Source of the DNA: a virus
Lineage: Duplodnaviria; Caudoviricetes
IMG/VR virus record: IMGVR_UViG_3300032129_000203
Coordinates: 1 to 30,186 of that record
Length of the DNA: 30,186 nucleotides
Direction: 5' to 3' (one strand)
Of this stretch, positions 15,217 through 24,005 are shown piece by piece (positions within the stretch are counted from its first letter, which is position 1; every line of letters starts with the position of its first letter). The notes below the pieces were generated by a model. It saw only the letters and a list, made by a program, of their open reading frames with translations. It made no database searches and was not told the origin of the DNA. Position numbers and translations under genes: made by a program.

Positions 15217-16517
15217 GATGCTCCTTCGATTCCGGGGGCGGCCGGGGGTTCGGGGGTGAAGTCAGGGCCAGGGATCGTCAGGTCTGCCCCAAGTTGATTC
15301 GCGAGCGTGCGGAGTTCGTCGGAGGTGATGCCCTTACCGACGGCCAGGTATCCCATCTGCAGCAGACGCGCGATCGCCTGAGCCTTCTCGGAGGTCGACG
15401 CTGCGTCGTCGTCCACCTCGAGCGGTGGTTGGTTCTCCGTGGCGCGGTACTCGTCGACGGTTCGGACGCCGGCACCCACCTCGGCCAGCATCAGCAGGCG
15501 ACGCTCCTTGGGGTCCATGCGCAGCAAGGCATCCGAGTTGAGTTTCACAAACGCGCCACCTGTGACGAGCCGTGACAGCGCCGTCTCGCGGCGCTTGACC
15601 GCGGGGCCGAGGTTCATGATCAGGAACTGCAGGTTGCGCTGGCTGATGTTCGCGTAAGTGACTGACTGGCCAGATACTGCGGCGTCGATCAGGTCCGCCG
15701 GCACACCGAAGAACCGGGCGATGTCCACCGACCCGGCGCCCATGAGGTCGAGGAACGCTGCGTCCTTCGCCCGTGCCGCGGCGATCTCCACGTCCCAGTT
15801 CTTGTCGACGACCATCGGCATGCCGTCCTGCAGCGATGCGGCGATGCGACGCTTGGTGCGCGACGCCTCTGTCGCGTCGAAGGTCTTGGCCGTGTTCTTC
15901 AAGATGACAGACGGAGACGCCCCACGGTCGAACCAGGCAAGCGCGAAGTCCATCGCAGCGAGATGCCCGGCCAAAGTCTGCGCGGCGTGGGCGATCGGCG
16001 AGAGGCCTAGCGGGGATCCCGGTGTCACGTACTGGCGCTCGTGCCAGATGTCGGCCGGCTGGTAGGTCTTGTTCTTCACCCGATACTCGATGATCTTCAT
16101 GCCCTTGCCGACGATCGACACGTCCTCTGCGGACACCGGGCGGATCTGCTTGGGCAGGCCACCGCCGTCACGGGCGGTGATGATCCCGAAGGTGTTGCCG
16201 TACCGGTCGAGGTCTGTGCGGGTCGCGTACAGCCACTCGCCTATCGACATCGGGTGACCCTCAGCCCACTCAGACGGGTCGATCAGCACGGACGGAGTAG
16301 CCACCGGACGGAGCAAGGTCGACCCATTGGTGCGCTTGAACACGTCGATGGGGAACGATGATTCGAGATCCGCGCGCAACCGTACTGCGGCCCACACCAT
16401 GGACACGTGCATCGCTCGGCCAGACGACACGGTCTTGCCGCCGCCACTTGGACTGCGCCGGTCCGCGCCTGCGTCGGTGAGCGACACGCGCTGCTGACGA
16501 CCCCAGAAGAAGCTCAT
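15213..16517 (-). CDS. Portal protein, HK97 family, 434 aa
   Basis: VWAAVRL, YGNTFG, GLSPI, IARFFGVP and TYANISQ motifs. Confidence 0.95.
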   Translation of the reverse strand: MSFFWGRQQRVSLTDAGADRRSPSGGGKTVSSGRAMHVSMVWAAVRLRADLESSFPIDVFKRTNGSTLLRPVATPSVLIDPSEWAEGHPMSIGEWLYATRTDLDRYGNTFGIITARDGGGLPKQIRPVSAEDVSIVGKGMKIIEYRVKNKTYQPADIWHERQYVTPGSPLGLSPIAHAAQTLAGHLAAMDFALAWFDRGASPSVILKNTAKTFDATEASRTKRRIAASLQDGMPMVVDKNWDVEIAAARAKDAAFLDLMGAGSVDIARFFGVPADLIDAAVSGQSVTYANISQRNLQFLIMNLGPAVKRRETALSRLVTGGAFVKLNSDALLRMDPKERRLLMLAEVGAGVRTVDEYRATENQPPLEVDDDAASTSEKAQAIARLLQMGYLAVGKGITSDELRTLANQLGADLTIPGPDFTPEPPAAPGIEGAS

Positions 16518-16690
16518 TGGTCACGTGCTCCCGGTCGGGTGTTGGATGCGCGCCAGGACACGTACAGGCCACCGATGCCACCCATGATCCAACCGGCCGG
16601 CGTAGCGATCTGAGCCGCCCCGACCGTGATGGCCGTCGCCGACAGCAGCGCAAGCGGCGTGTCAGCGAAGGTGTACAGGAAGCGGCGCAT
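16514..16690 (-). CDS. Small two-TM protein between TerL and portal, 58 aa
   Basis: MRRFLYTF... with PAGWIMGG; SD GAGGAG; ATGA overlap with portal. Confidence 0.7.
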   Translation of the reverse strand: MRRFLYTFADTPLALLSATAITVGAAQIATPAGWIMGGIGGLYVSWRASNTRPGARDQ

Positions 16691-16701
16691 CGGGAATCTC
16701 C

Positions 16702-18174
16702 TCACATCACACTTTCGGATGCGTCGCCCTCGGGCTCGGCATGGGTCAGGTAGGCGTAGCGGGCAAGGGTCACGGCGTAGGCGGGCGAAACATCCCCCAT
16801 CGAGCGGCCACGCCACCACACCCAGTGGTCACCCCAGGTGCGCTTCGCAGCGCCCGCGAGTGAGGTGTTCAAGTCGTCGTCGTTGCCGTGCCACATGCGG
16901 CGGTTTACGGCGTCGTCGAAGAACTCGCCGCACGCTGCAGCGACCTCCTGCTTGGGAATGACGAGCACCTCGAAGTCCTCGTCCTCGAGGTCTCGCTTGA
17001 GAGACATCGCGGCAGAGCCGGCGGCGATCGCGATCTTGTCCCCACCGAAGCGTTCAGACAGATCGAGCATGCGGTTCACGGTCCAGCTGTTGCCGACCTC
17101 GTGGTCGACGAGCCGCACTGTGACGCGTCGACCAGGTTCGGCTGGCTTGCCGGCCACGGCGATCGAGGTCCACTCGTGGTCCGGGGACATGTCCACCGTC
17201 CACATGGGCGGGGCTTCGAAGTCGATCGGATCGACCTCAGCCCGCCAGGCGCAGTCATTCCATGCCACCTTCGGGATCACTGGGTCGGGCGCCTTGACGC
17301 CAGACCAGATGCCACGGAACGCCCGGTCGTACTGGTCGATCTCCGTGCGGAACATCTGCAGCTGCGCTTCGATGGTGTGCTCGAAGATCGTGATGCCGTA
17401 GGACGGCAGGTACAGCGGCCACCTGGCGCGGTCGTCCCGGTCTGCTGCCGGGTCGTCTGACCACTCGACGTACATGATCCGCGAGCGCGGGTCTCGCGCC
17501 TCGGCCACCGCGCGGCCATCCTCGACCAGTCCCCACCAGTACGTGGAGTGGCCCATCTTGCCGGCGGCCGATATCTGCCATGCCTGCGAGCCGGGAACGG
17601 CGGTCAGTGTCGGTCGGACGTTGTTGGCGATCGTGCCGTCCTTGTGGGCGTAGAGCTCGTCGCCAATCCACTCGTCGTTCGTGTCACCCTGCGCCGAGTT
17701 CTCGTTGGCTGCGTCGATGAAGATCGATGCGCCTGTGATGAAGTCGATCGACTCGGAGCCGGTGCGACCGTTCCACCCGGGCTTGCTGCGACTGTGCTTG
17801 GGCTTGAGCACCGGAGCCCAGTGCTCAAGGAGGCGGAGATAGAAGTTCTTCTCGAGGCGCTTGAGTGACTTGGTGCGGTTCTGCGCGGTGTAGATCACCT
17901 GGCCGCCGCGGGTAGTGAGTGCCCGGTGCACACCCTTTGGCACGACGAGTGAGGTCTTGCCAGACTGGCGGGGCGCTAGGACTCGGCACTCCGAGTACCA
18001 GAACAGGCCGGTGGCTGGGTCGATCTCGCATCCCACGTCGAGCACGTATTGCTGCCACGGCATGAGATCCCAGCCGAGCCTCTTGGCAACTTGCGCCACC
18101 TTCGGCCCAAGCGTCTCCCGCTGGGGGTTCCGCTCGGTGCCGAACCGCGGCGCCGGCATATCCGGCACGGACAT
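16702..18174 (-). CDS. terL: Terminase large subunit, 490 aa
   Basis: MPWQ Q-motif, Walker A APRQSGKT, Walker B WIGDE, ISAAG coupling motif, nuclease WTVD. Confidence 0.95.
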   Translation of the reverse strand: MSVPDMPAPRFGTERNPQRETLGPKVAQVAKRLGWDLMPWQQYVLDVGCEIDPATGLFWYSECRVLAPRQSGKTSLVVPKGVHRALTTRGGQVIYTAQNRTKSLKRLEKNFYLRLLEHWAPVLKPKHSRSKPGWNGRTGSESIDFITGASIFIDAANENSAQGDTNDEWIGDELYAHKDGTIANNVRPTLTAVPGSQAWQISAAGKMGHSTYWWGLVEDGRAVAEARDPRSRIMYVEWSDDPAADRDDRARWPLYLPSYGITIFEHTIEAQLQMFRTEIDQYDRAFRGIWSGVKAPDPVIPKVAWNDCAWRAEVDPIDFEAPPMWTVDMSPDHEWTSIAVAGKPAEPGRRVTVRLVDHEVGNSWTVNRMLDLSERFGGDKIAIAAGSAAMSLKRDLEDEDFEVLVIPKQEVAAACGEFFDDAVNRRMWHGNDDDLNTSLAGAAKRTWGDHWVWWRGRSMGDVSPAYAVTLARYAYLTHAEPEGDASESVM

Positions 18175-18692
18175 TAGGGAGCGCCGAGAGCGTCAAGTTC
18201 AGCGCCGAGGTCCGCACCACTGGCGGGCTTCGACGCAGGGTTCAGCATGTGGATGCCATCCCTCACACGGATCTGCATCGAGTTCAGGAGGTCGAGACGT
18301 TCCATCACGTCGGCGTTGTCGATGACGAGCGCTGCCTTGAGCATCATCGCCTTGATGGTCTCCTGGAAGGGTGACGCACCGTCGACCGCCGGCAGCTCCT
18401 GCAGCAACGCCGCGGTGACGGTGCCCTGCGGCAGCTTGTCAATACGGATGAAAGTCGGGGCCTCAGGTGCCGGCGGAGCCGGGTCTTCGACGTAGCGCTC
18501 GGGGTGCTCTTGCTCGGCACGCTTCTCACGCCACGCGCGCATGCGCTTCGAGTTAATGGCCTTGCACTGGGTGCACTTGCAGCCACGGCGGTAGGCCGCC
18601 ATGCCCGGGTCGAGACCGAACACCACGTGCTTCGCGACGATGTGAGGACGGACTTCGTCATCATCGTGAGCCGGGGTCGAGGAGGCCGCCAT
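18174..18692 (-). CDS. Probable terminase small subunit with N-terminal YxxGCxCxxC module, 172 aa
   Basis: TAATG overlap with TerL; helical C-terminal half; SD GGAGG. Confidence 0.6.
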   Translation of the reverse strand: MAASSTPAHDDDEVRPHIVAKHVVFGLDPGMAAYRRGCKCTQCKAINSKRMRAWREKRAEQEHPERYVEDPAPPAPEAPTFIRIDKLPQGTVTAALLQELPAVDGASPFQETIKAMMLKAALVIDNADVMERLDLLNSMQIRVRDGIHMLNPASKPASGADLGAELDALGAP

Positions 18693-18787
18693 CTCGCCAC
18701 CTCCGATTACTCATGTGATCGATTACCAGGGGTTTTCACTTGGGCAGAAAAATGAGACAGTTGGGCGGTCGCTCCGCTGGGCCGTTC
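18693..18787. other. Candidate cos/packaging-site region
   Basis: Non-coding, relatively AT-rich gap between HNH and TerS, the usual cos location in HK97-like phages. Confidence 0.45.
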
Positions 18788-19159
18788 CTAAAAACTCCGG
18801 GGCGCTGGCTTGCCCGGGGCGCTGTAGGTGCCCCGTGTGCTGCTGCCGAAGTCTCTGAAGCGACGTGGTGTCTCGGCTTTGCGGAGGGATCTATTGCGCT
18901 TCGAGTTGCACGACCTATGTGCCGGTCGCAGGTTGCTCAGATGGTGACCACCACCCTCGTTGACGGGCACGATGTGGTCGGCCGTCGCAGCCAGTCGATG
19001 CAAGTACCAACGGTCGCCACCGATGTCGTCTCGGTAGAGCATGGGTCCCCGTGCACCGTGGCACAGGGCACACTCACGTGGCTCATCAGCTAGTAGCAGC
19101 TTCTTGTTGCGCCGGTACTCTCCCGAGTCCCTAGCGCGCTGACTGAACGAGCGGGACAT
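18788..19159 (-). CDS. HNH endonuclease (terminase-associated, HK97 gp74-like position), 123 aa
   Basis: CALC...TADHIVP..EGG...NLRPAHRSCNSKR. Confidence 0.9.
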   Translation of the reverse strand: MSRSFSQRARDSGEYRRNKKLLLADEPRECALCHGARGPMLYRDDIGGDRWYLHRLAATADHIVPVNEGGGHHLSNLRPAHRSCNSKRNRSLRKAETPRRFRDFGSSTRGTYSAPGKPAPRSF

Positions 19160-19174
19160 GGGCACCCCCGGGCA

Positions 19175-19342
19175 TGCAGGTGGTGGGTCCTGGCCGCTGG
19201 ACACCCCACCTGCAGTGGTCGGAATGCGAGCGCATTCCCGGCGCGGACGTCTCCCGACCCGCACGGCCAGCCACACACGGCCGGAACCCTGCACGAGTCC
19301 GGACATGCGAAAGGCCCGAACACCAAATGGTCGGGCCTTCGC
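19175..19342 (-). promoter_or_regulatory. Structured non-coding leader of the late operon (terminator-like stem plus four further inverted repeats)
   Basis: Inverted repeats at 19307-19342, 19281-19302, 19264-19283, 19221-19238 and 19175-19214. Confidence 0.6.
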
Positions 19343-19375
19343 GGGGATAGTGTCTAGAGACACCTCACCCAGCAG

Positions 19376-19624
19376 TCACGATGATACGCCTGAACTGCTG
19401 CCTTCGTCTAGCGGGTCGGGTGTCGGCGTGTCGACCTCGGTCGGGGTGGTGTGGCCCATCGCCGCGTGCCACGCCACATGCTGTGCGATGTCGCTTGACC
19501 AGACCCGGAGCCCACACACGCAGAGATTGGCACGCATCGAGATCCGCTCAGTGCGGGCGTCCTCAGGGAACGGGCCCTCCTCGGGCACTAGCTCGACCAG
19601 TCCCGACTCATCCATCGTTGTCAT
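19376..19624 (-). CDS. Small Zn-finger-like protein (CxC...HxxWH), about 82 aa
   Basis: LCVCGLRVWSSDIAQHVAWH; start uncertain (19624 or 19615). Confidence 0.6.
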   Translation of the reverse strand: MTTMDESGLVELVPEEGPFPEDARTERISMRANLCVCGLRVWSSDIAQHVAWHAAMGHTTPTEVDTPTPDPLDEGSSSGVSS

Positions 19625-20318
19625 CGTCTTCACTCTCCTCAATCTCTCGACGCCGCTCGATCTCCGCGATGAGTAGTCCAATGTTCTCTTCGTCCCACGC
19701 CTCACCACAGTCCTTGCACCACGCGATGCCCGTCACACTCGTCGCATCGAGGCGCACACGGATAGTGTCGACGTGGTCGCACAGTGGGCAATGGATGTGC
19801 GGGGTCTGGGGTCGCTCCTCCAGGCCAGCCACGATCTTCGCTGCCACCCACCAGGTGCGCACCAGCTTCTGCGCCTCAGCGATGTCCTTGTCCGTCAGCG
19901 TCGGCATACGCGCCGACATCAGACGCAGGTTCGCCTCGAGCCCACCGTGCTGCGCCTTGCCCGTTCCCCGGAGGAACGTCGCACACTGCACCTCGATACG
20001 GATCTCCACGTCGATCGCATCCAAGGCAGCCGCTGGCCGCGACTCATAGCCACCCGTCGAGTCCGATGCACCGTTCGTGCCCTCTGAGGCGAGGCGGACC
20101 TGCTCGAGTAACGGCGGCATCTGGACCGTGTGCCAACCACGGGGAGCATCCTCCCACCGGTCAACCGCAGCATCGAACCTCCACCACGGCTCTGTCGTCT
20201 CGAACGCGTTCACAAACTGAGAGAGCCGATGCCGGATCTGCGACACCTTCCGCAGACGGTCGTACTCGTCAAGCTCAACAACCTCAGGGTGCTGAGGCGT
20301 AGCGGGCTTAGGCATCAT
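19608..20318 (-). CDS. Actinophage protein with C-terminal Zn ribbon; candidate late-gene regulator, 236 aa
   Basis: PPLLEQV, GYESRP and CPLC...CKDCGEAW motifs; last large early gene before the late leader. Confidence 0.65.
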   Translation of the reverse strand: MMPKPATPQHPEVVELDEYDRLRKVSQIRHRLSQFVNAFETTEPWWRFDAAVDRWEDAPRGWHTVQMPPLLEQVRLASEGTNGASDSTGGYESRPAAALDAIDVEIRIEVQCATFLRGTGKAQHGGLEANLRLMSARMPTLTDKDIAEAQKLVRTWWVAAKIVAGLEERPQTPHIHCPLCDHVDTIRVRLDATSVTGIAWCKDCGEAWDEENIGLLIAEIERRREIEESEDDDNDG

Positions 20319-21334
20319 GACCCTCCTCCAGCATCGGTGGGTGGCTTGGGCTTGCCACGGCGAGACCTAGAGCGTGGCGGACGTCCAGGCACAGGCCCAG
20401 CCAGACCCGTACCGGCAAGACCAGGTAAGGCACTACCCGTCCCGTCCCGACCCGGGGGCGCCAGATCGGGGAGACCCCGAATCATTTGATCGGCGCCAGA
20501 TACGCCGTCAGAGCCCCTAGGAGGGGGGTCTGGCGGTGGTGGGGTCGCGTTCTCCTTGCCGGGTCGCTGGCCAGTCGTCGCGTGCTCCGAGGCGGTCCGC
20601 AGTCCCTGTGAGGGCGCGTCCTCCGTCTCGGTCCGCTGGCGGCTGGTCGCGGTACCCGGCAAGGTCCGCTGACCGTTGATGTATTCGGCGATCTCGTTCT
20701 TGGTGGGCCACTTGCCAAGAGCCTTCTTGACGTGAGCCTTGGTCTTGGTGCCGTACTGGGGGGCGCGCGGCGCTTCGGTCGCTTCAGCCATGGGGTCGTT
20801 CTGGCAGCCGAAGCAGTACACGACGTACTCCTGCTGTCGGGTGGGCTGGTGGCCGATGTCGACGTGCTCCCACGTCGCGCCGGCGGGGCTCTTGCGGTCG
20901 GCCCAGTTCACAGCGCGCCCACACGACCGGCAGTTGTCGCCGTCGCGGAGCAACGCCATGATCGTGAGGCGCGGGTTCTTCGCGTCACGCTTGCGGATCC
21001 GGTTGCGGTCGATTTCGTCCTGGGTCAGCAAGTGGATGTAGTTCTCGTCATTGGCGAGGCAGTAGCCAGTGCCGTCAGGGATCCACACCCTGGCCGCGAC
21101 CAGGCGCTCCATCAGCCACTCGGCATATTGCTTGGACCCGGCCATCTGCAGCACCATCGACCGCGTGACACGGCGGTCGGTGTCGTCGTGCTCCTTACCC
21201 CCCGACTCGCCAGCCAGGCGCACGGAGAAGCCCGCGACCTCGTTGACATGGCGGATGTCGCCGTCGTCGAGCTCGAGCGGGTACAGCGTGCGGGGGTCGT
21301 AGGCGAAGGTATCGCCGACACGGACAAAGCTCAC
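20315..21334 (-). CDS. Putative replication initiator with degenerate HNH-like Zn domain, 339 aa
   Basis: FVRVGD start; RDGDNCRSC...WEHVD...CFGC; internal DNA repeats; GRDGTG tail. Confidence 0.65.
   Translation of the reverse strand: MSFVRVGDTFAYDPRTLYPLELDDGDIRHVNEVAGFSVRLAGESGGKEHDDTDRRVTRSMVLQMAGSKQYAEWLMERLVAARVWIPDGTGYCLANDENYIHLLTQDEIDRNRIRKRDAKNPRLTIMALLRDGDNCRSCGRAVNWADRKSPAGATWEHVDIGHQPTRQQEYVVYCFGCQNDPMAEATEAPRAPQYGTKTKAHVKKALGKWPTKNEIAEYINGQRTLPGTATSRQRTETEDAPSQGLRTASEHATTGQRPGKENATPPPPDPPPRGSDGVSGADQMIRGLPDLAPPGRDGTGSALPGLAGTGLAGPVPGRPPRSRSRRGKPKPPTDAGGGS
20544..20675. repeat. Four imperfect 30-bp direct repeats (iteron-like; candidate origin)
   Basis: Units start at 20544, 20577, 20613 and 20646; consensus GTCGCGTnCTCCnnnnnGGTCCGCTGnCC. 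Confidence 0.7.
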
Positions 21335-21352
21335 AGTCGATTCCTGTTCTGT

Positions 21353-21541
21353 CTAGTCGGAGCAACCGGCGCACTCGGCCGTGTAGGGGTTGACGAGACC
21401 ACCGCAGCTGGTGCACTTGATGGGCGCCGGCGGGTGGCAACGGCGGCAGGGGCAAGGCACTTGCTGGTCGTTCTCGTCGAACGCGAACCCGGCACAGTTG
21501 GGGTGCTTGCCGGCCCGGCAGTCGGGACACATGCGGGTCAT
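21353..21541 (-). CDS. Cys-rich micro-protein (10 Cys in 62 aa)
   Basis: CPDC..KH..C...CPCRRCH and CTSC...ECAGC; ATGA coupling. Confidence 0.75.
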   Translation of the reverse strand: MTRMCPDCRAGKHPNCAGFAFDENDQQVPCPCRRCHPPAPIKCTSCGGLVNPYTAECAGCSD

Positions 21542-21774
21542 GGCTTCTCCACTAGGTCGATCTCGATGGCTGCACGGCGACGTCGCTGCTCCTCGAGCAA
21601 GGAGTTCACCATCTTGCGGCCGATCCGCTCGGCTCGGGCCTGACTCCCCAACACGCTCTTGCTATGGCCGCGCAGGCCGACGGTCGCGCTCACCAACCAG
21701 CCAACGCGACGAGGCTCGATGCGGAGACGCCCCGCGGCGGGCGGCACGGCCGGCGGCTTTTCTCGGTTGGTCAT
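21538..21774 (-). CDS. Hypothetical basic protein, 78 aa
   Basis: ATGA coupling to the downstream gene; SD-like AAGGG. Confidence 0.65.
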   Translation of the reverse strand: MTNREKPPAVPPAAGRLRIEPRRVGWLVSATVGLRGHSKSVLGSQARAERIGRKMVNSLLEEQRRRRAAIEIDLVEKP

Positions 21775-21801
21775 TGGTTGCCCTTCTCGATGGCTTGTTC
21801 G

Positions 21802-22071
21802 TCAACTGGGATGTGTTGGGCCGCGATGGTCGCGCACGACGCGGATCACCTCGATGAAGATGTTCCACGCCTCTTCGACCCCGGCCAATTTGTCGCCGTT
21901 GACCATGTGCTTCGGGACGTCCACGTCCCCGTCGCGGACCCATGCGGTGCATGTCACGAGTTCGGGGTGGGCGCTCATGGCGTCGCCACGTGGCAACTCA
22001 AACGGAGTGAGCCCACAACATGATGCGGTGATATTCCCGGAGAGTGGGCAGGCGTGGACGGTGGCGCTCAT
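21802..22071 (-). CDS. Hypothetical protein, 89 aa
   Basis: VHACP...CCGLTPFELP...VTC motif; SD AAAGGA; ATGA coupling. Confidence 0.65.
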   Translation of the reverse strand: MSATVHACPLSGNITASCCGLTPFELPRGDAMSAHPELVTCTAWVRDGDVDVPKHMVNGDKLAGVEEAWNIFIEVIRVVRDHRGPTHPS

Positions 22072-22538
22072 GATCGGTCCTTTCGGTCGTCACGCATGGG
22101 AATGTTGAGCACGGGGATGTCTGTGGTCTTGGCCATGGCGCGCGCCGCGTCGGCGGAGAATACCGCAATGGCGAGATCGATACCTTTCGCTGAGAGGCCC
22201 GACTTCCTGAGGTAGGTCACCTGCCACGGCTGAAACGCGGCCGCGAGCGCGGTGGTGAGTGATGTGCAGTGGATCCCGAGTGCGTGGGCGACGTAGATCT
22301 CAATGCCTGCGCCCTTCGAGTCTTGCCATCCTTCGAGGTACACCAGTGCGTCGGCGTGTTGGATGAGTTCGACGAGGTCGAGGCGCATGTAGTCGAGCCA
22401 GGTGTCGCAGGTGGGGGCTTCAGCGGGGTTGACGACCTCGAAGCCGCGGTCGCGCAGCTGCTCGGCGGCGGTGTTGAAGGCGGGGTAGTTGTTGTCGGGC
22501 AGGCCCGTCATGGGTCCCGACAGGTAGATGGTGGTCAT
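22068..22538 (-). CDS. DUF4406-like protein (nucleoside 2-deoxyribosyltransferase-like fold), 156 aa
   Basis: IYLSGPMTG, NYPAF, VVNPAE, YMRLD and GWQDSKGAGIE motifs. Confidence 0.85.
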   Translation of the reverse strand: MTTIYLSGPMTGLPDNNYPAFNTAAEQLRDRGFEVVNPAEAPTCDTWLDYMRLDLVELIQHADALVYLEGWQDSKGAGIEIYVAHALGIHCTSLTTALAAAFQPWQVTYLRKSGLSAKGIDLAIAVFSADAARAMAKTTDIPVLNIPMRDDRKDRS

Positions 22539-22744
22539 CGTGACTCCACCTCGAGTCCGTGATCGTTGATCCACTGGTCGACGGCGCGCGAGAAAGACCG
22601 ACTGAACGTCTCCACGAGTGCATCGGTGTTCTTTGCGGTCTCGCGCACCTTAGGGCATGGCTCGCTGGCGAGTGACTTCGCGATGGTTGCACCGCAGCCA
22701 CGGCAGGTGGTGGTCGCGAGCGCGGTGTTGGGTGGGCGTCTCAT
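22535..22744 (-). CDS. Hypothetical protein with CxxC, 69 aa
   Basis: ATGA overlaps at both ends. Confidence 0.6.
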   Translation of the reverse strand: MRRPPNTALATTTCRGCGATIAKSLASEPCPKVRETAKNTDALVETFSRSFSRAVDQWINDHGLEVESR

Positions 22745-23637
22745 GCTGCTACCTGTTCGTCGGTCTCGAGGAGTGCGTCGACGTCGAACAGCAGCAGTGC
22801 TGCGTGGTGGGTGTCTAGGTATTGGACGGACTGAGGGGCGCGGCTGACGCCAATCTCGGCGAGGCGCACATTGCAGGTGGACACCTCGTCTAGCCAGAGT
22901 GCGACAGGGGCCGGTGCGCCATCGATGTAGGCGAGCGCTGCGTGGCCGCCGGCTAGGAGGACCATGGTGCGGTGCTTCCAGGCGCCTAGGTGTTCCTGGT
23001 GCTTGATGCTTGCGATCGCGACGATGCGTTGGGTGGGGGCGGTCTCGTAGATCGCGATGTGTGTGGTGTCTGGGCGGAGGGGGCGGCGTCGTAGTTCCAC
23101 GGTCTTGGTGCCGTCGAGGATGGCCTGTGACCAACGAGGGTGGAGGGGCAGCAGGGCGATCCTCATGGTGGCAGCGACGGCACGTGCGGCATCGTGCCGG
23201 TGGGTGACGTCGGCAACCCACGCTTCGTGGGCGTCACGGAACGCGGCGAGAGTGTAGGTAGCGTAGCGGGCACCGAGCGGGCCGTGGTCCTCGAGCATCT
23301 CCCGGGCCAGCGTGTTCGCGAGGTCCTGCCAGGCGGTGCTGGGGGCATGCGCTGTGGCGTGGTGGTCGATCATGGCGAGCAACTGCTTGCTGGGGCGCTT
23401 CCAGTGCTCTCGGGTACGTCGACGTAACCACGGCAGGAGTTGCTGCCAGCCGAGGATGAGGGGCACACCCACACCGAAGTACAGGAGTGCCATGACGACG
23501 AGCACGGTCGAGTCGCGGACAGTGCCGATGACGATCATCGCGAGCGCGACCAAGCCGAAGCTCAGGGCGAGGGTGCGGGCCATGGATCTGCCGTCGAGGA
23601 TGTAGTCCTCGTAGGTGTGATCGGTGTGCTTGCTCAT
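22741..23637 (-). CDS. Fusion protein: N-terminal two-TM/helical region plus C-terminal ASCH (PUA-like) domain, 298 aa
   Basis: AILDGTKTVELRRR (GxKxxExR), IYETAPTQRIV and APQSVQYL motifs; ASCH part begins at ATG 23166. Confidence 0.8.
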   Translation of the reverse strand: MSKHTDHTYEDYILDGRSMARTLALSFGLVALAMIVIGTVRDSTVLVVMALLYFGVGVPLILGWQQLLPWLRRRTREHWKRPSKQLLAMIDHHATAHAPSTAWQDLANTLAREMLEDHGPLGARYATYTLAAFRDAHEAWVADVTHRHDAARAVAATMRIALLPLHPRWSQAILDGTKTVELRRRPLRPDTTHIAIYETAPTQRIVAIASIKHQEHLGAWKHRTMVLLAGGHAALAYIDGAPAPVALWLDEVSTCNVRLAEIGVSRAPQSVQYLDTHHAALLLFDVDALLETDEQVAA

Positions 23638-24005
23638 TGCTTCCTCTCGGGGTGAGCGTTCGGGGTGAGTGCGTCGATGAACTCGGCTGTAGCGACGAGG
23701 CCGGCACGAAGGTTGGGTTCGTCTGTGGGCCTCGGTAGAGGGGACGTGACCCGGTAGGTGCGGGCGGGGTTACGGAGCAGGATGTAAGGGCGTCCCTGGG
23801 GTGGGTCGACAATCAGTGCAGTCCACCCGTTCGATGCTGTGAATGACACAAGGTCATCAGGCGGGGCCGGAGCTGTGGTCACGACGACAGGGTCAGCAAC
23901 ACTGACACGCTGGGCAACACGGATGACGTGCGCGCGGTACATCAGCGGCCACGGGACGCAGAAGAACACGAGGAGGCCGAGGAACAGCCACGCTTGCCAC
24001 GTCAT
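23634..24005 (-). CDS. Hypothetical protein with N-terminal TM, 123 aa
   Basis: MTWQAWLFLGLLVFFCVPWPL; ATGA overlaps at both ends. Confidence 0.7.
   Translation of the reverse strand: MTWQAWLFLGLLVFFCVPWPLMYRAHVIRVAQRVSVADPVVVTTAPAPPDDLVSFTASNGWTALIVDPPQGRPYILLRNPARTYRVTSPLPRPTDEPNLRAGLVATAEFIDALTPNAHPERKQ

Noticed and set aside
19160-19375. tRNA gene in the late leader
   Set aside because: Hairpins are present but there is no TTC-containing T-loop, cloverleaf or CCA end
20544-20675. Mini-CRISPR array
   Set aside because: Repeats are degenerate, nearly contiguous and in frame within a CDS, with no spacers or cas genes
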